Source of the DNA: Mycobacterium tuberculosis H37Rv
Lineage (GTDB): Bacteria > Actinomycetota > Actinomycetes > Mycobacteriales > Mycobacteriaceae
Assembly: GCF_000195955.2 (NCBI RefSeq)
Contig: NC_000962.3
Location: 4,350,001-4,382,000 of the forward strand
Direction of reading: 5' to 3'
DNA length: 32,000 nt
In this document: one piece after another, positions 16,908 through 26,261 of the stretch
Layout: each line of letters starts with the position of its first letter
Numbering within the stretch: position 1 is the first letter of the stretch
Position numbers and translations under genes: made by a program
Notes under the pieces: generated by a model
Seen by the model: the letters and a program-made list of their open reading frames with translations, nothing else
What the model was told of the DNA's origin: nothing
Databases searched by the model: none

Positions 16908-18521
16908 CTACCGGCCTATCGACATCGTGACCGGCTCAAGGCTGACATAGCGGTTCTCCGCACGGAACATTTCCATCTCAACCAGCCAGTTTTGTCCTGC
17001 CGCACCGACTTTCACCGTTGCCCGATCGATTTGTTCGATGGTCACCTCGAAGCCATGCCGATCGCTCTCGGACAGCGAGGTACCGGGTCGGGCAATGGTG
17101 ATGACACTGGCTGGCCGTGGCGTGGGCGAAATCGCGACATCGACACCGCTGCCTTCAGATTTGCCGTCATCGCCGTTCTTGCGCCGCCGCACGTACTCCA
17201 CGACGCCGACAGTGGTGCGCGGCGCGGGCCGTGGTGTGCCGACGATGCTCAACTGCGGCATGCGTACGCTGGCCCAACGCTCTTGGTCGCGAGTGTGCAC
17301 ACACACCCGCTCACCGGCACCGACGACGCGAATCACGATCCTCTTGGCGATCGTGTCGTCCGCGGCCACGAAGACGCGCGACAGCTCACCGGCGTCGGTA
17401 ACGGGAATCATCAGCCGGTCCCCGTTGCTCAGCTTGCCAATCAACACCCCCGACGGTCCGATCTCGGTGACTAGCTGCGCCGGCAACGGGCAGCGCCGCT
17501 GTCCGCGTAGGTGTGGACGTGGCCCGCACATGTTGGCCGCAGCCGCGGCGGCTTGCTCACCATTGAGCCGACGCAAGATCACACTGGGCGGGGTAGGCGC
17601 CGGCGTCGGTGTGCGCACGGTGATGGTCGCGGTGCACGTCGCGTCCGGATACACCGTTACGTTCTGGATGACCTCATCGGCACGCAGCGTCCAGGCTTGC
17701 GAGAGAACCCGCGACGAAATCGCCTCAGCCGGGTACGCATACGTCGTCATCCACCCGGCTTCACCGCGGATAGCTTTCCAGCGCTGCGCACTCCCGGCTA
17801 CCGCGTCCGACCCCAGCCGGCGATCAAGCTCAGCCAAGTCTGTTGCGGTGGCCAGTTTGGCGCGCAAGCCCTGACAGCGCAGGGAGCTGGCAACGCGTTG
17901 GGCGACCGAAATGGCAGCGGCCCCAACGCTGGTACGCCAGCGTAAAGCTTGGGTGTTGCCGATCACCGGAAGCCGCATGATCAGCCACGTTTCGCGCCGC
18001 CCGGCATACGGCGGCGTACCGATCTCCGCGTCATACACCCGCGGGTAATCGCCGACGGTGCCGGTTCGCGAGCCGAAGGTGACGACGCTGATTGAATCGA
18101 GTTCCAGGTCCAGCGGGTGGCGCAGCAACGGCGCGAGCTCAACGACGTCAATCACGTTGTCGCTTTCTACGGTCACCGACCCGGTGACCGTAGTCGCCCG
18201 GTGCGCTCGGCCGAGAAGTTGCACCGCCACCACCGCGACACCGTCTTGCACGCGGACGCCACCCCCGGATCGGTTGTTGGCCAAGGTAATTGGGTCATTC
18301 CATTTGACGGGACGCCGACCCCGCAGCCCCAGTACCGCCCACGACCACGCCGGCTGACCCCACCACTGTACGAACACCAAGGCGACGCCGACCACGACAG
18401 CCATGACCGCACCTAGCTGGCCGCCCAGCGCCCAGCCCGCCGACGCGAGCACGAACACTGTCCACACCCCGGCGACCCGCCTCGCACTGCGCGGGCTGAA
18501 CCCGGTCAGCTTGGACGTCAA
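16908..18521 (-). CDS. eccE2: EccE2 (Rv3885c), ESX-2 membrane core component, 537 aa
   Basis: The TTG start at 18521 overlaps the mycP2 TGA (TTGA at 18518-18521). Two N-terminal TM helices ([36 protein letters not shown]) match the EccE topology. It is paralogous to the EccE1 gene in this window. Confidence 0.92.
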
Positions 18522-20170
18522 CGCGCCCTCCGTAGCCGAGCCCCGATTGCCATTGCCAGCACACCGGTGGCCACTGCGCCGACGAACCCGATAGCGATAT
18601 TGCGCGCCCGGTGATCGGGCGGAGGGGGTGGCGCGGCGGGCGTGATCACCCGGCTCTGTGCACCCGGGGCCATCCGATCACCGGATGGGATGTTAAACGT
18701 CAATGCGGCGACCGGATCCACCAGCCCGTACCCCAGTTTGTTGTCCACGCCCGCAGGCGGATTGTGCGCCGACTGCACGATCCGGTTGATCACTTGGTAG
18801 GCAGTCAACTCGGGGAATTTGGCCCGCACCAGTGCCGCGACGCCGCTGACGTAGGCCGCCGAAAAGCTGGTGCCCCAGAACGGCATATTCTTCTCGCCTG
18901 GCCGCGACGGCGGGTAGGCATTGACCGGTCCGCCGCCTTGTGGCGATAGACCCATGATGTGGGTTCCCGGTGCCGCGACACCGACCCACGGACCCGACAT
19001 GCTCTTGTCCAGTGCGGCGCCGTAGGCATCGACGGCACCTACCGACAGGACGTAATCAGAGAACCATGACGGTGACGACACAACCGTGACCTGATGCCAG
19101 TCCCGGGGATCTGACGGGTCCAGCGGGTCATACATCGGGTTGTTGCCGCAGCCGGCCTCCCCGTCGTTGCCGGCTGCTGCCACGATCACCGCATCCTTGA
19201 CGGTGGCCGCATACCACAGCGCGGCGCCCAGCACCCGCTGGTCGCCCGGAGCCGCCGCAGGCAGACATGCGGTCACCGAAATGTTGATCACTTTCGCCCC
19301 CATGTTCGCCGCGTGTACCACGGCACGCGCCACCGAGTCGAGGGTGCCCGCTTTGACTTTCTCATCGGAGTTGGGACCCGCCGACGACGGGTTGACCGGC
19401 TCGAAGGCCCGCGAGGACTGCCGAATCGAGATGATGGTCGCATGCGGGGCCACCCCCACCACCCCGTCCGGGGCGCCCGGCGGGGGTGGGGGCACCGCGG
19501 GTTCGTCTTCGGTTTGCGGATCCGGCGGTCCATTGGACGGCGCCATGGCGCCCGCATCCTCGGGTGGTGGTGGCGGTGGCGCAACGGTTTGGGTGATCGT
19601 CACCGGCGGCGGCGGGGGCATCGGGGGCGGGACTTCTACCGGCGGCGCCGGCGCGGCGGTGACCGGCGGCGGCCCGGCCGGCGGTGGGAACGCCGCGGTG
19701 GCCGGCATGGCCCTTGGCATCGGTAAAATCCCAAGCGGTGCAGCGGCAATGATCGAACTCACCACCGTGCCGTGCGCGTCGCAATCCGATAGGCCGTCCT
19801 CCCCCATGATGTAGTCGCCACCGGGCACCACCGGCAGCCGCGGGTTGGGACTGACGCCGGTGTCGATGACTGCCACGGGCACACCGTTGCCGGTGCTGTA
19901 CTGCCACGCCTTGCTGATGTTGACCAGGTTGAAGCCCGGTGCTAGCTGCGCCACGTCGGGATTTCTTACGGTGATCGGTGTGGAGCAGCTGTTGGAGCGG
20001 CGCATGGGCTGATCAGGTCCAGGCCGCGCGTCTGCAGGCACCATCGCCGGATCTACCGACGGCGGTGGGATAGCCTGTGCCGCAGGAACATTAGCTGACA
20101 AAGCAACGAGGGTGAGGGCGGCGCTCGCGGCCGCGGCCCGCAGGCCAGGTCGGTTTAGTGGCGAAGCCAT
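18518..20170 (-). CDS. mycP2: MycP2 (Rv3886c), ESX-2 mycosin, subtilisin-like serine protease, 550 aa
   Basis: ATG at 20170 ([33 protein letters not shown] signal peptide). Triad contexts are [21 protein letters not shown] and [13 protein letters not shown]-terminal TM anchor [19 protein letters not shown] is present. The gene overlaps the eccD2 3' end by 16 nt. The track start at 20236 adds 22 aa with no signal-peptide logic. Confidence 0.93.
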
Positions 20171-21684
20171 GCAAACAGCCCCCCTAGGGCCGCAGCCGCT
20201 GGTAACAACGCGATCATGGCCAGCACTTCTAGCCATTCCACGGTCAACCGGATGATCGGCCTAAACCGCGTCGCCGGTACCACGAGGGCCACGGCCAAAC
20301 CCAATGCGGCGAAAGCCGCGACGAAGATCGCAGGCCAAAGCAGCCCGGTCTGAACACCTTTCGGGGTGTCGAGGGCGTACTTAAGCACCCCGGCACACAC
20401 CGCGGCGGACGCCCCGCACACCAATGCGACCGCTTGGTATTTGGCGGCGAACCCGCGGCCCTGGGTGATGAAGAGGCCCACCGTCAAGCCGGCAACCAAC
20501 AACGCCAACCAGGCCCACGGTTGACGTGGCGTCAGCACCCCCCATACCGCGGCGGGCAGTACGAGCGACACCCCGACGCACATACCCACCTGTACCGCGT
20601 TAACCAGCCGCGCCGACGCGGCGATCGCGGTGCCGCGGGCGGTGATGTCGGTCAGTTCATTGTCCTCATCGTCGGCGTCGGCTTCGCTGACCGGAGCCAC
20701 CGTATCGACGGGCATTCCCGCACGGCGCGCGAACAGATCCCGGCCGGTGATCGATCCGAAGTGCGGGGGTCGTACCCGTGCCACCCACAACGCAACGGTC
20801 GGAGTCATCCTGATCAGGACAAGCAGCCCTACCAGCACGCAAATCGCCAGCACCTGCATCGAAACCGGCCTAAACATTCGGACGGCGGCGACAGCGGCAA
20901 GGATCCCGCACACCGTTACCACCGCGGTGACCACTGCGGTCTGCCACCGCTTGCGGGTCGCCACGCCGATCGTGATCGCACCCAGAACCACCACCACGAG
21001 CCCGATCAGCGCATGAGCCGCCCCGAGCGCGCCCGGCGGCGCGCACGCGGCGGCCACGGCAAGCAACACCACCGCCAGCCACCCGAACCCACTGAACAGG
21101 TCACGGCGCTCCCGCCAACCCCACCACACCACCAATGCCCCGATCACCAGGAGCACACCAATCCCGCCAGCCATCGCAGCTGGGACCGGGCTGTCGGTGA
21201 TTGTGCGTGTCCGCAACGTCAGGGCCAGCACCACTCCGACCGCCATGGCGATAATCGCCATGGCGGTGTGGGCGGCAGTCAGCGAGGTTACCGGCGCAAA
21301 CATCCGATCCCCGCCGTCACGCCCCAGCCACTTGCCCATGGCCGCCAGCCCGGTGGATAGCGATTCGTACTGTGGCTCAAACGACTCGCCAGCAACCCGG
21401 GGTACTAGCACCAGCGTGTCACCGTCTTGAACGCCCAGCTCGTCGAGGCTCTTGTTGATGTCCAGCCGCACCCCGTTGATCTTGTGTAGCTCATAGCTAC
21501 CCGCCGGCAGCGCAACCCCGTCGAAACCTTTGCGCTTCAGATCGGCATCGAACAACTCCACCATTCCTTCGAAGAATCCCTCTACTGGAATTCCGGCGGG
21601 GAATACCTGGGAGCATAGATGCTTGTCGTAGCAAATGTTGACCGCACAACGTGCCGGGAAAGCAACCTTATGCGGCGCAGTCAC
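20155..21684 (-). CDS. eccD2: EccD2 (Rv3887c), ESX-2 polytopic membrane core component, 509 aa
   Basis: The GTG start at 21684 overlaps the Rv3888c TGA (GTGA at 21681-21684). An N-terminal soluble ubiquitin-like region ([32 protein letters not shown]...) precedes about 11 hydrophobic helices. It is paralogous to EccD1. Confidence 0.94.
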
Positions 21685-22706
21685 TGCGCCGCCCGTTCGG
21701 CATCCGGAACGTATTTGTCGGCCAATCCGGCGGTGATTTCGAAAAGCCGCAACCGCGACTTCTTATTTAATTCATGCACCGTATCAATGATCCCGCCTTT
21801 GGCCAGGTGCGGATCGAACGGCATTGCTTCCACGATTGCACCGACCTTGGTAAAACGTTCGGTCAGGTAGGCCAGCGCATCCTTGTCGGTAATGCTGTCG
21901 GTGTGGTTGAGGATCACGGTGCTGCGCGAGACCAGCTCGTGATAACCCTGCGCCCTGAGGTAGTCCACCGCCCGCAGCACCGGCCGGGACCGGTCCGCGG
22001 TGATTCCCGAGACGAACACCAGGGTGTCGGTGCTCTGCAGCACTGCCTTCATCACGTCGTGCTCTAGGTCGGGCGAGGTGTCGATGACAATGACGGTATG
22101 AGTTCGCCGCAGCCGAGACAACACTGCGGAGAACATCGCCGGGACGAGCGGCCTGGGCTGGTCTGATGTCCGATTTCCGGCCAGTACGTCGAGCCCGACC
22201 GTGTTTTGCCCCAGGTGTTCGCGAATGTCTGCGTAGCCCTGGACATCGGTGTCGTTGATAATGGCGGCGTAATCCCCCGGCGGCGACTCGTCGATGCGGT
22301 CGGCCAGGGTACCGAAACTCGGAACCGCGTCGATCGCAATCACGTTCTCCGGGCGGCATTCCCGAAACACGCCGCCGATGCACGCGGCCATCGTGGTGAC
22401 CCCCACGCCGCCCTTGCCGGACACAACCGTGATGACATATTGCCGACGGATATGCCGACGGATACGTCCCTGTAAATTGCGGTAGTGCCGTTCCCGGGGC
22501 GATTCACCTGGATTAATTTTGTGAAATGAAACGGAATAGACGAATTTCCGCCAACCGGTTCCCGGGGGAATCTTTCTAGGGGCAGCCAGATCGGTAATAC
22601 GCATGGTGTCGGATACCGAATCCCGAAAGTGATGCCGCACCGACGGATCGCCGCGTCCGATCGCGCCGTCGTCTAACATATTCGGGTCATTCCACGGGTT
22701 CGTCAC
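21681..22706 (-). CDS. Rv3888c: ESX-2-encoded ParA/MinD-like (SIMIBI-class) NTPase-fold protein, paralogue of the EspI C-terminal domain, 341 aa
   Basis: GTG start at 22706. It aligns by eye with EspI residues from about 415 to the end (e.g. [19 protein letters not shown] vs YQIAVVGLKGGAGKTTLTA; [17 protein letters not shown] vs ILALDADPGAGNLADRV; TVILNH vs CVVINH; [12 protein letters not shown] vs VVMPWDRHIAAG). The P-loop lysine is substituted (KGGVGVTT). I see no convincing 20-aa hydrophobic TM segment. Confidence 0.9.
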
Positions 22707-22799
22707 GACCGCGATGCTAACATGATTCGAGATTCCTTGTTTACTGCGCGTGAGCGGCTCTTTGAGTGCATTAGTTTGCTATTCGCCAGACAATGTCAT

Positions 22800-23630
22800 T
22801 CACACCACACGCCGGTATGAGTACCATTCGTCACCAGCGGGCAAGCGGCGGATGAGCCGTTGCACCGCCCCACCGATATCAGAGCGCGATCCAGGCGAGA
22901 GGACCTGGTAACGTCGCTGTCCCGAGGTCACGCTTTCGACGCAGATGCGCCCGGCGGCAGTGTCCACGATGGCCACCGTTGAATCGCCGACCAGGATGCG
23001 CGCCGACTTTTCCGGCCCGACGCCTGCCTGCAGCGCCACCAGGGTGGCGTGCGCGGAGCGTGTGGGATCGGCGGCCATGGTTACCATCTGTAGCTGGTCG
23101 ACGTCCAGGCGCTGACTGAGCAGATACGACCGCAAGGTGCCGGCGTCGCGTACGGCGTGTAGTAGTTCGTCGGCGTCGACGGTGACCGGCCGTAGCGGGG
23201 CGGCCTCAGCGACACCGCACAACCGCTCGACCTGACCCACCACGAGTTCGCCGGCCCCGGCCTCGTCACTGGCGGTGCCGGCCGGGTAGAGCCGCACCAG
23301 GTTGCCGTGGCGTTCCAAGACCACCCACCAGGTGGCAAATCGGCAAATGGCCGCGCGCGTCGGTTCGCCGCCCGGCACCCCGATCGTTACCAGTAACCCC
23401 AGGTCGCGTCGCAACAGCACGGTCAGCCATTCACGGACCATGGGGTCGGCATTACCGGCCTGGTCCAGAGCCCCCACCGCCATCAACTCGGCGGCCACCG
23501 GGTGGCGAAGTGCCCGCTCGGCGGTGTCCAACCGCGGCAACAATGGCCGTAATCCCAGTTCCGGACAGGTTTGTTCCACCCCGGTTACCGCTTGTAGTAC
23601 CCACAGGCCATCGACCGTCGTCGTCAGCAT
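22800..23630 (-). CDS. espG2: EspG2 (Rv3889c), ESX-2-specific PE/PPE chaperone, 276 aa
   Basis: ATG at 23630. The sequence MLTTTVDGLWVLQAVTGVEQTCPELGLRPLLP... is recognised as EspG2. Its position between the esx pair and eccD matches the usual EspG location in ESX loci. Confidence 0.93.
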   Translation of the reverse strand: MLTTTVDGLWVLQAVTGVEQTCPELGLRPLLPRLDTAERALRHPVAAELMAVGALDQAGNADPMVREWLTVLLRRDLGLLVTIGVPGGEPTRAAICRFATWWVVLERHGNLVRLYPAGTASDEAGAGELVVGQVERLCGVAEAAPLRPVTVDADELLHAVRDAGTLRSYLLSQRLDVDQLQMVTMAADPTRSAHATLVALQAGVGPEKSARILVGDSTVAIVDTAAGRICVESVTSGQRRYQVLSPGSRSDIGGAVQRLIRRLPAGDEWYSYRRVV

Positions 23631-23663
23631 GTCACGTTCATCTCAACCAGCTAGCAGCAAGCA

Positions 23664-23706
23664 GAAGGTGGGGCAGACGCGCGGTCCGCGCATGTACCCC
23701 ACCTTC
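23664..23706 (-). terminator. Strong stem-loop between esxC and espG2 (candidate terminator, attenuator or mRNA-stabilising hairpin)
   Basis: Perfect 10-bp inverted repeat gaaggtgggg (23664-23673) / ccccaccttc (23697-23706) with a 23-nt loop that itself contains gcgcgg-t-ccgcgc. On the minus-strand RNA it begins 20 nt after the esxC stop and is followed by UGCUUGCUGCU. Confidence 0.5.
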
Positions 23707-23725
23707 ACTCGGCCCACGGCCGGCT

Positions 23726-24013
23726 TTAGAACAAGCCCGCGATGGCCTGGTCGGTTCCGATCGCGTTGTCCAGCACGTGGCCGGTGGTAGTCCCATGCTG
23801 ACCCACCGTCTCAATGAGCCCCTGCAGCCCCGACAGCATCTGCGCCTGGGCGTCGAAAAACCCTTGCGCGCCGTGGCCCGCGAAAAACTCTTGCAGCGCA
23901 TTTGTTTTGCTGGCGGTGTCTTCGTAAATCATGTGGAGCTGGCCGGCGCGCGAGCCCACGTCGGAAGCGAAGTCGGATACGGCTCCCGGGTTATACGTGA
24001 TTTGATCTGACAT
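23726..24013 (-). CDS. esxC: EsxC (Rv3890c), ESAT-6-like WXG100-family protein of ESX-2, 95 aa
   Basis: ATG at 24013 follows AAGGAA. It is a 95-aa helix-turn-helix-sized protein, second gene of an esx pair. The turn reads EFFAGHGAQG, so the canonical Trp is absent. The sequence is recognised as EsxC. Confidence 0.94.
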   Translation of the reverse strand: MSDQITYNPGAVSDFASDVGSRAGQLHMIYEDTASKTNALQEFFAGHGAQGFFDAQAQMLSGLQGLIETVGQHGTTTGHVLDNAIGTDQAIAGLF

Positions 24014-24048
24014 GTGAAATTCCTTTCCGAGGCGTGAAACGAGTTGGG

Positions 24049-24372
24049 TCAGGATCCGTGGCTAGCGCCGAACAGCGCCTGAAACGCTGTCTGCGAGTCC
24101 GCCTCGTGTCCCTCCATCAGGGCTGCGGCCTGCACGAGGCCCTCGGCCAGGCGCGTGCCCCCGGTAAGGACCTTGTTCAATTCATTGGTGATCTCGGTGG
24201 CTGTCATATGCGAAGCAACGACGCCGGTACCAGACCAGGTGGCGGGGTTCATGACGTTTTCCTGGTTGGCTAGGTAGCCCTTGGCGATTCCCATGGCTTG
24301 CTCCATATTCGCCTGGATATCGTTGGCGGTGCTGCGCAGCATCTGCGGTGTTACCTGAATTGTGTCTGCCAC
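24049..24372 (-). CDS. esxD: EsxD (Rv3891c), CFP-10-like WXG100-family protein of ESX-2, 107 aa
   Basis: GTG start at 24372 lies 8 nt after AGGAGA. WXG is present (ATWSGTG). It is the first gene of the esx pair, 35 nt upstream of esxC. The sequence is recognised as EsxD. Confidence 0.94.
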   Translation of the reverse strand: MADTIQVTPQMLRSTANDIQANMEQAMGIAKGYLANQENVMNPATWSGTGVVASHMTATEITNELNKVLTGGTRLAEGLVQAAALMEGHEADSQTAFQALFGASHGS

Positions 24373-24483
24373 GGGCCCTTCTCCTTTACTGCCGTTAGCC
24401 GTTCCCCCTCAAATATCGGGGCATGACGCGAAGTGTATGGCTGCTCTGCGGACCTGTCGATTCACCCTGTGCCCGAGCTAGAT

Positions 24484-25683
24484 CTACCGCCGGTCATCGA
24501 CAACACGCACCGTCGCGGCCTGCTCGGACTTGCCATGGGATCCGCGGTGACCCCCCGCCGCATGTCCGACCGGCATGCCTCCGATAGGGGTGCCACCCAC
24601 CGTGGTCGTCGGCGCGCGCACGACGTCGGCGCCCAAAGCCCCGCTGGGCCGCAACCCGACCGGCCTGCCGCTGGTGCCCGATTCGAAAGCGCTGACGGGA
24701 CGTGTGAAGCTCGTCGCTGGCATACCGCCGCCGCCCAGGGCGGCGCCTCCGCCGCCCGCACCGACCTCGGTGGCCGCGGCCGATATCCCACCGGCCGCCG
24801 AAGCCGCCGAGGCTCCCGGCGCCGCCCCGCCCATGCCCAGTGCGCCCGGGTTGGCGAACATGCCCACCATCGATTGCAGCGGCTGCATCGCGCTCATCGG
24901 TGCCTGCATCAGTCCCGACGGCGCCTGCAGCGCCTGCGGGGCCGCTTGCATCACCGCCTGCATCGGCTGCATGAACGTGCTGAGCTGATTGCCGAAGTTC
25001 TCACCCGCCGACGTTGACTGACCCGCGCCGGTTGACCCTGCCTGCACGCCCTGGTAGGCGGAACGCATCCCGTCACCGGCCGCGGCCTCGGCGGCCGCCT
25101 GGCCAACCGCCGCCGCAGCCTGTGCCGGAGCGGCCGGAGATGCACCCATGGTCGCGACCGGCGGCGGAATTGCCAGACTCTCGGCCAGCGCGGCGAGAAC
25201 CCCTCCGTAGGTGGCGCCCACCGCGGCGTTATTCGGCCACATCACCCCGAAATACTCGACGTCCAAAGAGACGATTCGAGGCGTTAGTGTCCACAGCACG
25301 CTGGGGTTGATGGCGTTGTCGACGCCCCATTCGTCGCGGTTCTCCATGCACTCGGGGGCAGGGCGCATGGCCGCGTTGGCGGTCTCAAACGCCGCGATCG
25401 CGGTCGATACCACGGCCGGCTTCACGTCGACCCAGCCGGCCAGTCCGTGCAGCGTGGCGTTGAGCATGGTGACGTTAAGCGCCGAGGCCGCCGACCCGAC
25501 ACCCAACCAGCTCGCCGCGGTGGCGGCGGTGTTGATCGCCGACGCGACACCCGAGGCGTGGTGGCTGGCGCCCAGTGTGGTCCACGCCGTTTGATTGGCC
25601 AGATGGGTGCCCACGCCGGTGCCCGCCGTGAGCAGCAGGTCGTTGGCCTCAGGTGTCCGCGCAGCCCATCCTGGATCGGGCAT
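24484..25683 (-). CDS. PPE69: PPE69 (Rv3892c), ESX-2-associated PPE protein, 399 aa
   Basis: ATG at 25683. The N-terminus MPDPGWAARTPEANDLLLTAG has TPE in place of PPE. WxG is present (ASWLGVG). The C-terminal half is Ala/Gly/Met/Gln-rich. Confidence 0.94.
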   Translation of the reverse strand: MPDPGWAARTPEANDLLLTAGTGVGTHLANQTAWTTLGASHHASGVASAINTAATAASWLGVGSAASALNVTMLNATLHGLAGWVDVKPAVVSTAIAAFETANAAMRPAPECMENRDEWGVDNAINPSVLWTLTPRIVSLDVEYFGVMWPNNAAVGATYGGVLAALAESLAIPPPVATMGASPAAPAQAAAAVGQAAAEAAAGDGMRSAYQGVQAGSTGAGQSTSAGENFGNQLSTFMQPMQAVMQAAPQALQAPSGLMQAPMSAMQPLQSMVGMFANPGALGMGGAAPGASAASAAGGISAAATEVGAGGGGAALGGGGMPATSFTRPVSAFESGTSGRPVGLRPSGALGADVVRAPTTTVGGTPIGGMPVGHAAGGHRGSHGKSEQAATVRVVDDRR

Positions 25684-25761
25684 GCCTACTTACCCTTGCA
25701 GCGCCGATGCCGCCGCGCGCGCCGCTTCTGTGGTCACGTACACGCCCGACGCGAGGCCCTG

Positions 25762-25995
25762 CTAACCCGCGAACAGGCCGCGCTGACTGGCGTGTTCGGC
25801 AACGACACCCAGGTAGCTGGCACCGCACGCGTTGAGCGCTGCGGAGAACATCGCGGAGTCGGGATCACCACCCATCGGCGTGGTGCTAAGCAGGGCTGGC
25901 GCCGCTCCGGCGGCCGCTGCCTCGGTTTCCGCACTGATCGCCGACTCGGCAGCTGCCGACGCCAGCACTGCTTCTGGTTGCACAGACCAAACCAT
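25762..25995 (-). CDS. PE36: PE36 (Rv3893c), short ESX-2-associated PE protein, 77 aa
   Basis: ATG at 25995 lies 6 nt after GGAGGGG. The N-terminus MVWSVQPEAVLASAAAESAISAE has a PE motif at residues 7-8. The gene lies directly upstream of PPE69. Confidence 0.92.
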   Translation of the reverse strand: MVWSVQPEAVLASAAAESAISAETEAAAAGAAPALLSTTPMGGDPDSAMFSAALNACGASYLGVVAEHASQRGLFAG

Positions 25996-26261
25996 GTTCG
26001 CCCCTCCGATTGCTTCTGCAATGCGTGATGGTCGCTGAGTGTAATGCGAGTCGGCCGATCGCGTATGCGCAAATCAGTCGTCTGCACCGATGCCGACGTC
26101 GAACTGGTCCACGCCGCCCCATGTGTTCCAGCATGTCAGCGGTACGTGTGGGGCGGATGTGAAATCTGCGACGCCTGGAGGATACGCGCGGGTGTCACTG
26201 AACCCGTACAGCGACATGGTCAGGCAGAAAGTAGCCATGCGCGCTATCTTGCGATCCGGCC

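Noticed and set aside
25886-26134. 82-aa minus-strand ORF overlapping the PE36 5' region
   Set aside because: It is out of frame with and overlaps the recognised PE36 gene. The product is Arg/Cys/Gly-rich with no SD.
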